In this document: positions 19,726-28,914 of the stretch, one piece after another
Numbering within the stretch: the stretch's first letter is position 1
How the letters are laid out: every line of letters starts with the position of its first letter
Notes under the pieces: model-generated
Databases searched by the model: none
Told to the model about the DNA's origin: nothing
Seen by the model: the letters and a program-made list of their open reading frames with translations, nothing else
Translations under genes and position numbers: made by a program
Source of the DNA: Clostridia bacterium
Lineage (GTDB): Bacteria; Bacillota; Clostridia; TANB77; CAG-508
Assembly: GCA_017626365.1 (NCBI GenBank)
Contig: JAGAIV010000036.1
Location: 31,104 to 95,103 of the forward strand
DNA: 64,000 nt
Direction of reading: 5' to 3'

Positions 19726-20678
19726 ATTCCTTATTTGTAATTTCTTCTAAATCCAAAAGCTCTTGCCATCTTGCATCTACTTCTTTTTGAAATTCTTCTA
19801 TCATCCATTCATTTCCTGGTTTAAACATATGTTTAAAACGTTTTTGTGGTCTTAAAAATTCTTCAATTGGTAATTTTTTAGCTGGTTTATAATTGATTTT
19901 ATATTTACCATCAATTACCTCATATAAAGGCCAATAGCAAGTTTCAACAGCAAGTTTGTTAATTTGCATTAACATATCGGTTGGATATCCCCATCCTCTT
20001 GGGCAAGGTGCAAGTACATTTAAGAAACATGCTCCTTCTGTGTAAATTGCTTTTTCTGCTTTTTCATATAAATCTTTAAAATTATTTAATGCAATCGTTT
20101 GAGCGACATATGGTAAATGATGTCCTACCATAATTTTTGCAAGATCTTTTCTAGACTGCATTTTTCCAGGAATGACTGACCCTGCTGGCGTTGTTGTGGT
20201 ATCTGCAAACTTTGGAGTAGCACTAGAACGTTGAATACCAGTATTCATATAAGCACCATTATCATAACATACATATACCATGTCATGACCTCTTTCCATA
20301 GCTCCAGAAAGAGCTTGAAGGCCTATATCATAAGTACCACCGTCTCCACCAAATGCAATGAATTTCGTATCTCCATCTGCAGGTAATTTTCCTTGTTTCT
20401 TCATAGATTTATAAGCAGCTTCTACTCCAGATAAAGTAGAGGCAGCATTTTCAAATGCTGTATGAACAAAAGAATCTGTCCAAGCAGTATATGGATAAAT
20501 AAAAGTAGAAACTTCCATACATCCAGTGGCACCAGCAATTACAGCGTGGTCATTCTCTTTTAGAGCACGAAGTACCATTCTAGCAACTGGTGGAGCACCA
20601 CATCCAGCACACATTCTATGTCCGTGAAGTAAATCTAACAGGTTTATTTGCAACTACTTCTTTTAAATTATATGCCAT
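19724..20678 (-). CDS. porB: 2-oxoacid:ferredoxin oxidoreductase beta (TPP-binding) subunit, interrupted by a +1 frameshift near 20622..20624
   Basis: Strong RBS aaggagag plus ATG at 20678 gives MAYNLKEVVANKPVRFTS, then a stop. The +1 frame continues GHRMCAGCGAPPVARM.., the conserved PorB N-terminus. The track ORF starts at a TTG inside. Confidence 0.7.
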
Positions 20679-20693
20679 TTTTATCTCTCCTTT

Positions 20694-21881
20694 CTAACCT
20701 CTTAATCCCATATAACGATATGGATTTTCGATATTTCCAGTTTGGGCAATTTTTTGTAAGTCTTCATACACACCTTTAATGTCATCGCCTTTTGTATCTC
20801 TACCACCAATACCATAAATATAGTTTACGGTTGGTACTTGATTTTTATTAACATACATAGCAGAAGTAACATCTGTATATAAAGCACCACCAGCAGCATT
20901 TAAAGAATCTGCTTTATCTAAAACAGCAACAGCCTTTACATGAGATAGAGCTTTTGCAATTTCTTCTGCTGGGAAAGGACGGTATACACGTACTTTTAAA
21001 AGACCTGCTTTAATTCCATTACTACGAAGTTCATCTACAACAAATTTTGTTGTTCCGGCAGTTGAGTTCATACAAACAATAGCAATTTCAGCATCTTCCA
21101 ATTTGTATTCTTCAAAGAAAGAATAGCTTCTTCCTGTCATTTTTTCAAAGTCTTTAGCAACATCTAAAATAACTTGTTTTGCATTTATCATCGCTTGTGC
21201 TTGTTGTTTTTTATGTTCAAATAAGTATGCTTGTAAATCTAAAGGTCCCATAGCAATTGGTTCTTTAGCATTTAATAAATAATGTTCCGGTTTGTATTTA
21301 CCTACAAATTCTTTTACTTTATCATCTTCAATTAATTCTATATTTTCGATGGAATGAGAAGTAATAAATCCATCTTGACATACCATTAAAGGTAATAATA
21401 CATCTTTATGTTCTGCAATTCGGTGAGCCATTACTAAGTTATCATATGCTTCTTGGTTATTTTCAGAAAATAGCATAATCCATCCAGCATCTCTAACTCC
21501 CATAGCATCAGAGTGGTCATTATGAATATTTAATGGACCAGATACGGCACGGTTTACTAAAGACATAACAATAGGAAGTCTCATGCTAGAAGCAATATAA
21601 ATCATTTCCCACATGAAAGATAATCCATTTGCAGAAGTAGCAGTCATTGCTCTTCCACCTGCTGCTTCAGCACCGATACAAGCACTCATAGCACTATGTT
21701 CACTTTCAACTGCAACAAATTCTGTATCAACAGTACCATTACTTACGAAAGTTGAAAAATATTGAGGAATTTCGGTAGATGGGGTAATAGGAAAAGCTGC
21801 TACAACATCTGGATTAATTTGTTTCATTGCAATAGCTGCTGCTTCATTACCACTTAAACGTTCACGAATACTCATTAACAA
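20694..21881 (-). CDS. porA: 2-oxoacid:ferredoxin oxidoreductase alpha subunit
   Basis: Similar to the POR/VOR alpha domain. Operon order is gamma-delta-alpha-beta. Confidence 0.85.
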   Translation of the reverse strand: MLMSIRERLSGNEAAAIAMKQINPDVVAAFPITPSTEIPQYFSTFVSNGTVDTEFVAVESEHSAMSACIGAEAAGGRAMTATSANGLSFMWEMIYIASSMRLPIVMSLVNRAVSGPLNIHNDHSDAMGVRDAGWIMLFSENNQEAYDNLVMAHRIAEHKDVLLPLMVCQDGFITSHSIENIELIEDDKVKEFVGKYKPEHYLLNAKEPIAMGPLDLQAYLFEHKKQQAQAMINAKQVILDVAKDFEKMTGRSYSFFEEYKLEDAEIAIVCMNSTAGTTKFVVDELRSNGIKAGLLKVRVYRPFPAEEIAKALSHVKAVAVLDKADSLNAAGGALYTDVTSAMYVNKNQVPTVNYIYGIGGRDTKGDDIKGVYEDLQKIAQTGNIENPYRYMGLRG

Positions 21882-22180
21882 TCACCCTCCTCTTTCATTT
21901 CGATTGCATTAAAAGGACATACTTTGGCACATACGCCACATCCTTTACAATAATCATAATTAAAATCTTCTCTTTTTTGTTCTTTATTCACAGGAATTGC
22001 ATTATCTGGGCAAACAGGGAAACACATTCCGCATTGTTTACATTTATCACTTAAGAAAACAGGTCTTACACTTCTCCAATCGCCAGTTTTAAATTCTCTT
22101 GCATTTCCAGCTTCATAAATATTTCCACCAATGGTAAGTTCTTGCCAAGGGGTATCTTTATTAATCTTACATTCTGACAT
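21875..22180 (-). CDS. porD: 2-oxoacid:ferredoxin oxidoreductase delta subunit (2×[4Fe-4S])
   Basis: CKQCGMCFPVCP and CKGCGVCAKVCP motifs. Confidence 0.8.
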   Translation of the reverse strand: MSECKINKDTPWQELTIGGNIYEAGNAREFKTGDWRSVRPVFLSDKCKQCGMCFPVCPDNAIPVNKEQKREDFNYDYCKGCGVCAKVCPFNAIEMKEEGDC

Positions 22181-22195
22181 TTTCTTTTCTCCTTT

Positions 22196-22777
22196 CTATT
22201 GTATTTTCTTAACTTCTTGTAAAGCCATTTCAAGAGCTTTCATATTTGGTTCAATTACTTCAGGTTTTTTTGCAAATTTGTGTTTAAAAGAACCTTTCAT
22301 ATCATCTAATAACTCTTGGTCTGTCATAACACCACTTACTTTTACAATAGCTGCAAGCATTGGTGTGTTAGGAAAATACTTTCCTAATGTTTCCATCGAT
22401 ACTTTTCTTGCATCAATGGTATAAACATTTCCTTTATATCCGTTTAATACTTTTTTTAAATACTCTGCATCTTTTGTTGTATTGATAACAATAGCGCCAT
22501 TTTCTTTTAAACCAGCAGTTACAGGAACACTTTCAAGTAGTGTATCATCAACAACCACAACAAAATCTGGTTCATAAATATTACTATGAATGGTAATAGG
22601 TTTATTACTAATACGATTATAGGCAGTGATAGGAGCACCCATTCTTTCAGGACCATACTCTGGAAAACCTTGAATGAATTTACCAGTGTTAAATGCTGCA
22701 TCTGCTAACAAAAGGGAAGCAGTTTTAGCACCTTGACCACCTCTACCATGCCATCTAATTTCAATTAAGTCATTCAT
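22196..22777 (-). CDS. porG: 2-oxoacid:ferredoxin oxidoreductase gamma subunit
   Basis: POR gamma family (GRGGQG motif). RBS aaggagg precedes the ATG at 22777. Confidence 0.8.
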   Translation of the reverse strand: MNDLIEIRWHGRGGQGAKTASLLLADAAFNTGKFIQGFPEYGPERMGAPITAYNRISNKPITIHSNIYEPDFVVVVDDTLLESVPVTAGLKENGAIVINTTKDAEYLKKVLNGYKGNVYTIDARKVSMETLGKYFPNTPMLAAIVKVSGVMTDQELLDDMKGSFKHKFAKKPEVIEPNMKALEMALQEVKKIQ

Positions 22778-22877
22778 TTATTAAAAACCTCCTTTATTAA
22801 TAAATTATACCTCAAGTATATTCTTAAAATGCATAGATGTCAAGAAAAAAAGCTTATACTAAACGGTCATTTTTATA

Positions 22878-22926
22878 AAAGATGATTTTAGGTGGATGAT
22901 TTTTTCACCCGTCCCTAAAATCATTT
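22878..22926. repeat. Family-3 palindromic element (ATGATTTTAGGG...CCCTAAAATCAT), copy F1, lying between two divergent promoters
   Basis: aaagatgattttagg-tggatgattttttcaccc-gtccctaaaatcattt. The plus promoter TTGACA(22932)-17-TATAAT(22955) follows immediately. Confidence 0.6.
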
Positions 22927-22989
22927 AAAAATTGACATAATATTAATAAAATGCTATAATCTGATTAAAATCTCAAAGGAGGAAAGCGT

Positions 22990-23181
22990 GTGATGAAGGA
23001 AGTGGGTTTCATTGTCGCAATAATAGGAATCGCTATTTTTGTGACAGCATATGTTACTCAACAAGAATCTGAAAATCCTAAAGAAAAGCGGTCAAAAAAG
23101 CGATTATTGGTCGTGAGAGGGGTTTTAGGTTTTATTATCCTAATCATTGGTATCTATATGATACAAATGAATGTAGGATGA
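22990..23181 (+). CDS. Small hypothetical membrane protein (63 aa)
   Basis: Two hydrophobic helices and an RBS aaaggagg. It contains an in-frame CGG codon at 23068..23070. Confidence 0.4.
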   Translation: MMKEVGFIVAIIGIAIFVTAYVTQQESENPKEKRSKKRLLVVRGVLGFIILIIGIYMIQMNVG

Positions 23182-23286
23182 AATAGGCAGATTCGAAAGA
23201 TACTTTCGAATCTGCTTTTAATTTGAAAATAATTGATAAATTCAATAAATTGGTATACAATAACAAAAGGAAAAGGAGAATTTTTT

Positions 23287-24525
23287 ATGGAGATAAAACA
23301 GATTGCCGAAACAATTAAACAAAATGGTGGAACTCTATATTTAGTAGGTGGTGCGATTCGTGATGAACTAATCGGCAAACCTATTTATGATAGGGATTAT
23401 TGTGTTTGTGGAATTTCAAAAGAAGATTTTGTAAGATTATTTCCAGAAGCAAAAGTCATGGGAAAATCATTTGAAGTGTTTTGTATTAATAATGAGCAAT
23501 TTGCTTTAGCAAGAAGAGAAATAAAAAAAGGATTAGGCCATAAAGAATTTGAAATTGAAACAGGAACTAGCATTACAATCAAAGAAGATTTAGCAAGAAG
23601 AGATATTACGATTAATGCTATGGCAAAAGACGTATTAACAAATGAAATAATTGATCCATTTGGTGGAGGAAAAGATATTAAAAACAAAATCATTAGAGCA
23701 ACAACGGATGCCTTTTGTGAAGACCCACTTAGAGTATACAGAGTTGCAAGAATTGCAGCACAAACAGGATTTTATGTAGAAGAAAATACACTAAGAAAAA
23801 TGGAAAATTTAAAAAAAGAACTTTTAACCTTATCGAAAGAAAGAGTTTTTATAGAATTAAAAAAAGCCTTAGAAAGTGAAAAACCATCTATTTTCTTTGA
23901 TACTTTAAGAAAAGCAAATGTGCTAGAGGTACATTTTAAAGAAATATATGACCTAATTGGTTCTTTGCAACCAAAAGAATATCATCCAGAAGGAGATAGC
24001 TATAATCATACTATGATAGTAGTAGATAAATCCGCAGAATTAACAAATGACATAGGAATACGATTTGCCTGCTTGGTACATGATTTGGGAAAAGGAGTAA
24101 CGCCAAAAGAAATGTATCCACATCATTATGGACATGATGAAAAAGGAGTAAAATTAGTAGAAAATTTCGGCAATCGTATTAATGTTCCAAACATATGGAA
24201 ATCTTATGGAAAGGTAGCTGCTAAAGAACATATGAAAGGAGGCATTTTTTCTAAAATGTCACCATCCAAAAAAGTACAATTTATCGAAAGAGTAGGCAAA
24301 ACCAAATTAGGTCTAGACGGACTCCAAATTGTAGTAATAGCAGATAAATGTAGCACAAGAGATACCAAATTAGAAAATATCTCTTTTGCAGATTTAGGAA
24401 AGAAATGCCTAATAGAAGTAAACGGGAAAACCGTAAAAGCAAAGTATCCAAATTTAGAAGGGGAAAAATTTAAAGAAAAGCTACACAGCCAAAGAGTAGA
24501 ATGGATGAAGAAAAATTCATTTTAA
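23287..24525 (+). CDS. cca: CCA-adding tRNA nucleotidyltransferase with an HD domain
   Basis: Head-domain motif LVGGAIRD..DRD and an HD motif (VHDLGKG). RBS aggaga precedes the ATG at 23287. Confidence 0.75.
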   Translation: MEIKQIAETIKQNGGTLYLVGGAIRDELIGKPIYDRDYCVCGISKEDFVRLFPEAKVMGKSFEVFCINNEQFALARREIKKGLGHKEFEIETGTSITIKEDLARRDITINAMAKDVLTNEIIDPFGGGKDIKNKIIRATTDAFCEDPLRVYRVARIAAQTGFYVEENTLRKMENLKKELLTLSKERVFIELKKALESEKPSIFFDTLRKANVLEVHFKEIYDLIGSLQPKEYHPEGDSYNHTMIVVDKSAELTNDIGIRFACLVHDLGKGVTPKEMYPHHYGHDEKGVKLVENFGNRINVPNIWKSYGKVAAKEHMKGGIFSKMSPSKKVQFIERVGKTKLGLDGLQIVVIADKCSTRDTKLENISFADLGKKCLIEVNGKTVKAKYPNLEGEKFKEKLHSQRVEWMKKNSF

Positions 24526-24566
24526 ATATTGAATAAACAATAAAGGTAAGATATAATAAAAACGAA

Positions 24567-24593
24567 TGTAGGGGTCGACGACCTCGTCGACCC
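24567..24593. repeat. Family-2 hairpin, single copy (E)
   Basis: tgtaggggtcgacg-acct-cgtcgaccc. Same core as 15274..15369. Confidence 0.6.
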
Positions 24594-24640
24594 AAAGATA
24601 CGAACAATATCCAAAACCTAAATTATAGGAGGCAATTCAA

Positions 24641-25723
24641 ATGAAAAGATTAAAACAAGAGAAAGGTTCCATAACCTTATTTGTACTAGTATCTATGCTA
24701 TTTTTTGTACTATTCTTAGCGGGAATGTATATGTTAAACAGTTCAAAAGAGCAAACAGGTATTAGTGAAACAGCAAGAATTAAAGAGATTTATGAAAAAG
24801 ATGTAAATCAAATAGATGATATATATGCAACACTAGTAAACGATTTAATCTATTATGTGAAAGATAAAAATGGAAATAGAATTCCTATACCAAAAGGATT
24901 TAGTCCAATTACAACAGCCGATCAAGGAACAAAAGAGACTGGATTTGTAATCAAAAATGATACTGATGGAAATGAATATGTATGGGTTCCAGTAGATGAT
25001 ACAACACCATATAGGTATGGCAGATATGCTTTCTTGACTAGTCAACCAGCAGATGGAACAGATGATACAACCAATAGTATAAGAATAAAATTTACTTCAA
25101 GTAGTTCTTACAATTTCACAGAAGCAATGCCAAGTATAGATGCAACTAGAAAAGAATTAGATAGTGTAAATACATATAAAGGATTCTATATAGGAAGATT
25201 TGAAGTAGGAATTATAGGATATGATACAACTGTATCTACAAGTCCTGATGGAACAGAAACATGGACAGGATATAGTAATGGAACGGCAGTAGTACAAGAA
25301 GGAAAACAAGTATGGAATTATATCACAAGAGATAAAGCGCGTGAAGTAGCAGAAAGTATGTATCGCGATAATGATGCAGTAATAAGTAGATTATGTAGTA
25401 GTTATGCATGGGATACAGCATTAAAGTTCATAGAAACAAATTATCCAAGTTATCCAACGAACAGTGTTGGAGGATATTATAGTCAATCGGAAGCAAGTAC
25501 AACAGGATATGATACAACGCATCCGTGTAATATTTATGATATGGGAGGAAATGTATGGGAATGTACAACGGAGATTTCTTCTAGTAGTACCAAATTTTCT
25601 TGCACGCTACGTGGAGGCGATTTCGAGTACAATGCTAGCATTACTCCAGCAGCGTACCGTGTCTACAGTAGTACGATGTCTGCCGGCGCTAACGTTGGTT
25701 TCCGTTCCACTTTATACCTATAG
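24641..25723 (+). CDS. Secreted or anchored protein with an FGE-sulfatase (SUMF1/DUF323-like) domain. The N-terminus is prepilin-like
   Basis: GGNVWEC..LRGG and GFRS motifs are typical of the formylglycine-generating-enzyme fold. The N-terminus reads KQEKGSITLFVLVSMLFFVL. Confidence 0.6.
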   Translation: MKRLKQEKGSITLFVLVSMLFFVLFLAGMYMLNSSKEQTGISETARIKEIYEKDVNQIDDIYATLVNDLIYYVKDKNGNRIPIPKGFSPITTADQGTKETGFVIKNDTDGNEYVWVPVDDTTPYRYGRYAFLTSQPADGTDDTTNSIRIKFTSSSSYNFTEAMPSIDATRKELDSVNTYKGFYIGRFEVGIIGYDTTVSTSPDGTETWTGYSNGTAVVQEGKQVWNYITRDKAREVAESMYRDNDAVISRLCSSYAWDTALKFIETNYPSYPTNSVGGYYSQSEASTTGYDTTHPCNIYDMGGNVWECTTEISSSSTKFSCTLRGGDFEYNASITPAAYRVYSSTMSAGANVGFRSTLYL

Positions 25724-25752
25724 GAAAATCTGAAACAAGAGTAGTAAAAAAT

Positions 25753-25801
25753 CTAACTGTGTAAGTTCAAAAATTAAAACTTTGAATTTACACAGTTTTT
25801 C
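25753..25801 (+). terminator. Rho-independent terminator
   Basis: aactgtgtaa-(loop)-ttacacagtt followed by ttttt. Confidence 0.7.
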
Positions 25802-25924
25802 TATAAAAATAAATTTTAAATATTTGTTTAAATTGTATTGACACAATTAGCAAGAAAATGTAAAATAATGTTAATTTTTAAATCTAGTCTAAATTATATT
25901 CCGTAATTTAGCTTTTCCAAATAC

Positions 25925-25953
25925 TTGTAAAATTGAAAACAAATTGATATAAT
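25925..25953 (+). promoter_or_regulatory. SigA-type promoter, TTGTAA-17-TATAAT
   Basis: -35 at 25925..25930 and -10 at 25948..25953. A second TTGACA-17-TAAAAT lies at about 25838..25866. Confidence 0.55.
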
Positions 25954-25966
25954 GGAGGTGAACATT

Positions 25967-26233
25967 TTGCCAATAATATCACAGTTTTATGGAATTTTAA
26001 TTCAAATGTTTTGCGAAATAAACGAGAAACACAGCCAAAAACATATTCATATTCGATATAATGAATATAAGGCAGTATATAATCTAGAAGGAAAATTATT
26101 GGAGGGAAAGTTGCCAATAAAAAAACAAAAATTAGTAGAAGCTTGGATTGTTATACATCAAAAGGAATTAGAAGAATTGTGGGATAATGTAAAAAATGGG
26201 GGAAGTTTTTACAAAATACCACCACTAAATTAG
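25967..26233 (+). CDS. DUF4160-family protein
   Basis: (M)PIISQFYGILIQMF..H..HIHIRY..LP.K...V.AWI.IH..EL...W matches the DUF4160 consensus. A TTG start at 25967 is likely, since the track ATG 25952 overlaps the -10 box. Confidence 0.65.
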   Translation: MPIISQFYGILIQMFCEINEKHSQKHIHIRYNEYKAVYNLEGKLLEGKLPIKKQKLVEAWIVIHQKELEELWDNVKNGGSFYKIPPLN

Positions 26234-26247
26234 GGGAGTGAGTGAAA

Positions 26248-26505
26248 ATGTACGAATCTTATATTACACCAGACATAGTTGAAGTAAGGGCATTAGAAGA
26301 TTATAAATTATATATAAAATTTGATAATGGGGAAGAAAAAATTTATGATATGAAGCCGTTATTAAACCACAAATTTTATCAAGGATTAAAGGATAAAGAA
26401 AGATTTAAAAAGGTAAGACCAGATGGAATTAGTATTGAATGGGAAACAGGTGAAGATGTAGCACCTGAGAGTTTATATTATGATAGTGTACCAATAGCAA
26501 AATAA
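26248..26505 (+). CDS. DUF2442-family protein
   Basis: Small protein characteristically paired with DUF4160. RBS ggggag precedes the ATG at 26248. The track start is a GTG at 26242. Confidence 0.65.
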   Translation: MYESYITPDIVEVRALEDYKLYIKFDNGEEKIYDMKPLLNHKFYQGLKDKERFKKVRPDGISIEWETGEDVAPESLYYDSVPIAK

Positions 26506-26552
26506 TTAAAATACGCATCTTTACAAAGAAAAAATCATATGATACAATAGCA

Positions 26553-26584
26553 AACGAAAAGAATATAATTATATTCTTTTCGTT
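26553..26584 (+). promoter_or_regulatory. Perfect 14-bp-arm palindrome at the predicted TSS of the dapF promoter (TTTACA-17-TGnTACAAT at 26520..26548)
   Basis: aacgaaaagaatat-aatt-atattcttttcgtt. It could be an operator or a 5'-terminal RNA stem. Confidence 0.5.
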
Positions 26585-26612
26585 ACTTTATACCTATTAG
26601 AAGGTGATTATT

Positions 26613-27452
26613 ATGTTAAAATTTACAAAAATGCATGGGCTAGGGAATGACTATGTCTATATGGACTGCACCAAAAGTGGTGTTCCAGAAGATGTCACTC
26701 ACCTAGCTCAATTTGTTAGTAACAGACACTTTGGTGTCGGTTCTGACGGTCTTATTTTAATTTGCGCAAGTGAGGAATGCGATTTTAAAATGAGAATGTT
26801 TAACCTAGATGGTTCAGAAGCGCAAATGTGTGGAAATGGAATCCGATGTGTTGGAAAGTTTGTTTATGATAAAGGACTAACTTCCAAAACAGAAATTACA
26901 GTAGAAACATTGGCAGGTGTGAAAAAATTAAAATTGCAAGTAGAAGAGGGAAAAGTAAAAAATGTCGAAGTTGATATGGGAGAGCCAGTTTTAGAGGCAA
27001 GTAAAATTCCAGTAGTTGCAAAAGAAAGTCCTGTAACCAATCTAAAACTGCAAGCAGAGGAAAAAGAGTTTATATTTACTTGTGTTTCAATGGGAAATCC
27101 ACATGCTATCACAATTGTGGAAGATGTAGATAATTTTGATGTAGCGAAGTATGGAAGTAAGCTAGAAGTAGATCCACATTTTCCAGAAAAAGCAAACATC
27201 GAATTTATTAAAGTTTTAGATGAAAATACGATTCAAATGAGAGTATGGGAAAGAGGAAGTGGCGAAACCATGGCTTGTGGAACAGGAGCATGTGCAACAG
27301 CTGTTGCATGCCATTTAAATGGATTAACCAAAAATGAAGTAACAGTAAAATTATTAGGAGGAGACCTAAAAATAAAATGGAATAAAGAAGATAACCATAT
27401 TTACATGACAGGTCCTGCTGTTACTGTATTTGAAGGCGAATTGGAATATTAA
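26613..27452 (+). CDS. dapF: Diaminopimelate epimerase
   Basis: N-terminal [15 protein letters not shown], plus the catalytic Cys motifs GNG(I)RC and (M)ACGTGA. Confidence 0.85.
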   Translation: MLKFTKMHGLGNDYVYMDCTKSGVPEDVTHLAQFVSNRHFGVGSDGLILICASEECDFKMRMFNLDGSEAQMCGNGIRCVGKFVYDKGLTSKTEITVETLAGVKKLKLQVEEGKVKNVEVDMGEPVLEASKIPVVAKESPVTNLKLQAEEKEFIFTCVSMGNPHAITIVEDVDNFDVAKYGSKLEVDPHFPEKANIEFIKVLDENTIQMRVWERGSGETMACGTGACATAVACHLNGLTKNEVTVKLLGGDLKIKWNKEDNHIYMTGPAVTVFEGELEY

Positions 27453-27476
27453 AAGAATACTAAAGTAGCTCCACGT

Positions 27477-27560
27477 GGCAATTGCACTTTTCTAAGCGTG
27501 CTTTAGTCGAGCGTGAAAAGTCCAATTGCCAGCAAGATGGAGCGGACTCACAGCAATAAA
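27477..27560 (+). repeat. Family-4 conserved element of about 85 nt, copy 1, between dapF and dapL
   Basis: ggcaattgcacttttctaagcgtgctttagtcgagcgtgaaaagtccaattgccagcaagatggagcggactcacagcaataaa. About 80% identical to the reverse complement of 53266..53348. Confidence 0.6.
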
Positions 27561-27578
27561 ATAGAAAGAGGAGATATT

Positions 27579-28811
27579 ATGATAACCATAAATGAAAATT
27601 ATTTAAAATTACAAGATAGCTACCTATTTTCAACCATTGCAAAAAAAGTAGCAAAATTTCAGGAAGAAAATCCAGATAAAAAGGTAATTAAACTAGGCAT
27701 TGGAGATGTAACCTTACCGATTGCTCCAGCTGTAGGAGAAGCAATAAAAAGAGCAACCGACGAAATGTTAAAAAAAGAAACATTTAGAGGATATGGACCA
27801 GAGCAAGGATATGATTTCTTAAGAGAAAAAATTGCAAAGCAGGATTATGAAAAAATAGGAGTTACAATAGACAAAGACGAAATATTTGTATCAGACGGAG
27901 CAAAATGTGATACGGGAAATATTGGAGAAATTTTTGGAACGGATAATATAATTGCAATTACTGACCCAGTTTACCCAGTATACCTTGATACCAACATCAT
28001 GGCAGGAAGAACGGGAAATTATGACAAAGAAACAGACAAATATGAAAAAGTAGTATATATGCCGGCAACAGCAGAAAATAACTTTACTCCAGAATTACCT
28101 AAAGAAAAAGTAGATATGATATATTTATGTTTTCCCAATAACCCAACAGGAACTGTCTTAAATAAAGACGAACTTGCAAAATGGGTTGCTTATGCAAAAG
28201 AAAACAAAGCCATTATTTTATTTGATGGAGCATATGAAGCATTTATTACAGAAGAAAACGTACCACATAGCATTTATGAAATAGAGGGAGCAAAAGAAGT
28301 TGCAATTGAATTCAGAAGTCTTTCTAAAACTGCAGGATTCACAGGAGTAAGGTGTGCCTATACAGTTGTTCCAAAAGAGCTAAAGGCATATACAAATTCG
28401 GGTGAAGAAATAAATTTAAATCGCTTATGGAATCGTAGACAATGTACAAAATTTAATGGAGTACCATACATAACGCAAAGAGCAGCAGAAGCGATTTACT
28501 CAGAAGAAGGACAAAAGCAAATCAAAGAAAACATTAATTACTACCAAGAAAATGCTAGCATTATATTAGAAGGATTAAAAGAAGCGGGCTATACTGTATT
28601 TGGAGGGAAAAATGCACCATACATTTGGCTTAAAGTACCAAACGGATATACCTCATGGGAATTCTTTGACTATCTACTAGAAAAAGCAAATGTAGTAGGA
28701 ACTCCAGGAGTTGGATTCGGACCAAGTGGAGAAGGATATTTCAGATTAACTGCTTTTGGTTCAAAAGAAAACACAATAGAAGCAATTGAAAGAATTAAAA
28801 ACTTAAAATAA
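27579..28811 (+). CDS. dapL: LL-diaminopimelate aminotransferase (DapL type)
   Basis: N-terminal (M)[23 protein letters not shown] plus a PLP-aminotransferase fold with the SKT lysine. RBS agaggag precedes the ATG at 27579. Confidence 0.8.
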   Translation: MITINENYLKLQDSYLFSTIAKKVAKFQEENPDKKVIKLGIGDVTLPIAPAVGEAIKRATDEMLKKETFRGYGPEQGYDFLREKIAKQDYEKIGVTIDKDEIFVSDGAKCDTGNIGEIFGTDNIIAITDPVYPVYLDTNIMAGRTGNYDKETDKYEKVVYMPATAENNFTPELPKEKVDMIYLCFPNNPTGTVLNKDELAKWVAYAKENKAIILFDGAYEAFITEENVPHSIYEIEGAKEVAIEFRSLSKTAGFTGVRCAYTVVPKELKAYTNSGEEINLNRLWNRRQCTKFNGVPYITQRAAEAIYSEEGQKQIKENINYYQENASIILEGLKEAGYTVFGGKNAPYIWLKVPNGYTSWEFFDYLLEKANVVGTPGVGFGPSGEGYFRLTAFGSKENTIEAIERIKNLK

Positions 28812-28914
28812 ATTTTGACAAAAAGTATTTACTTTTTGAATAGATATGATATAATAAAAACAGATAGAAGGTTATCCACAAAAGTGTGGTTACCATCAGT
28901 GGTTATATATAAAA

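Noticed and set aside
20615-20630. Treating the three frameshifted genes as ordinary pseudogenes
   Set aside because: All three are highly conserved housekeeping functions (PorB, SufS, ABC exporter) and otherwise intact over their full length. They share the identical NCA-CGG(+1 GGN) context. Independent random decay is implausible, so I report them as a single phenomenon. The artefact-versus-biology question remains unresolved.
25464-25733. 89-aa ORF overlapping the 3' end of the FGE-domain gene in another frame
   Set aside because: Fully embedded in a well-supported gene. No RBS.
27477-27560. Family-4 element as a known riboswitch (L-box, guanidine, c-di-GMP, preQ1, T-box)
   Set aside because: None of the signature cores is present (L-box GAGGCGC/AGAGGTGC, ykkC GGUCCGAGAG/ACGR, T-box GGGTGGNACCGCG). 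The long stem in copy 1 is not maintained in copy 2, so there is no covariation support.
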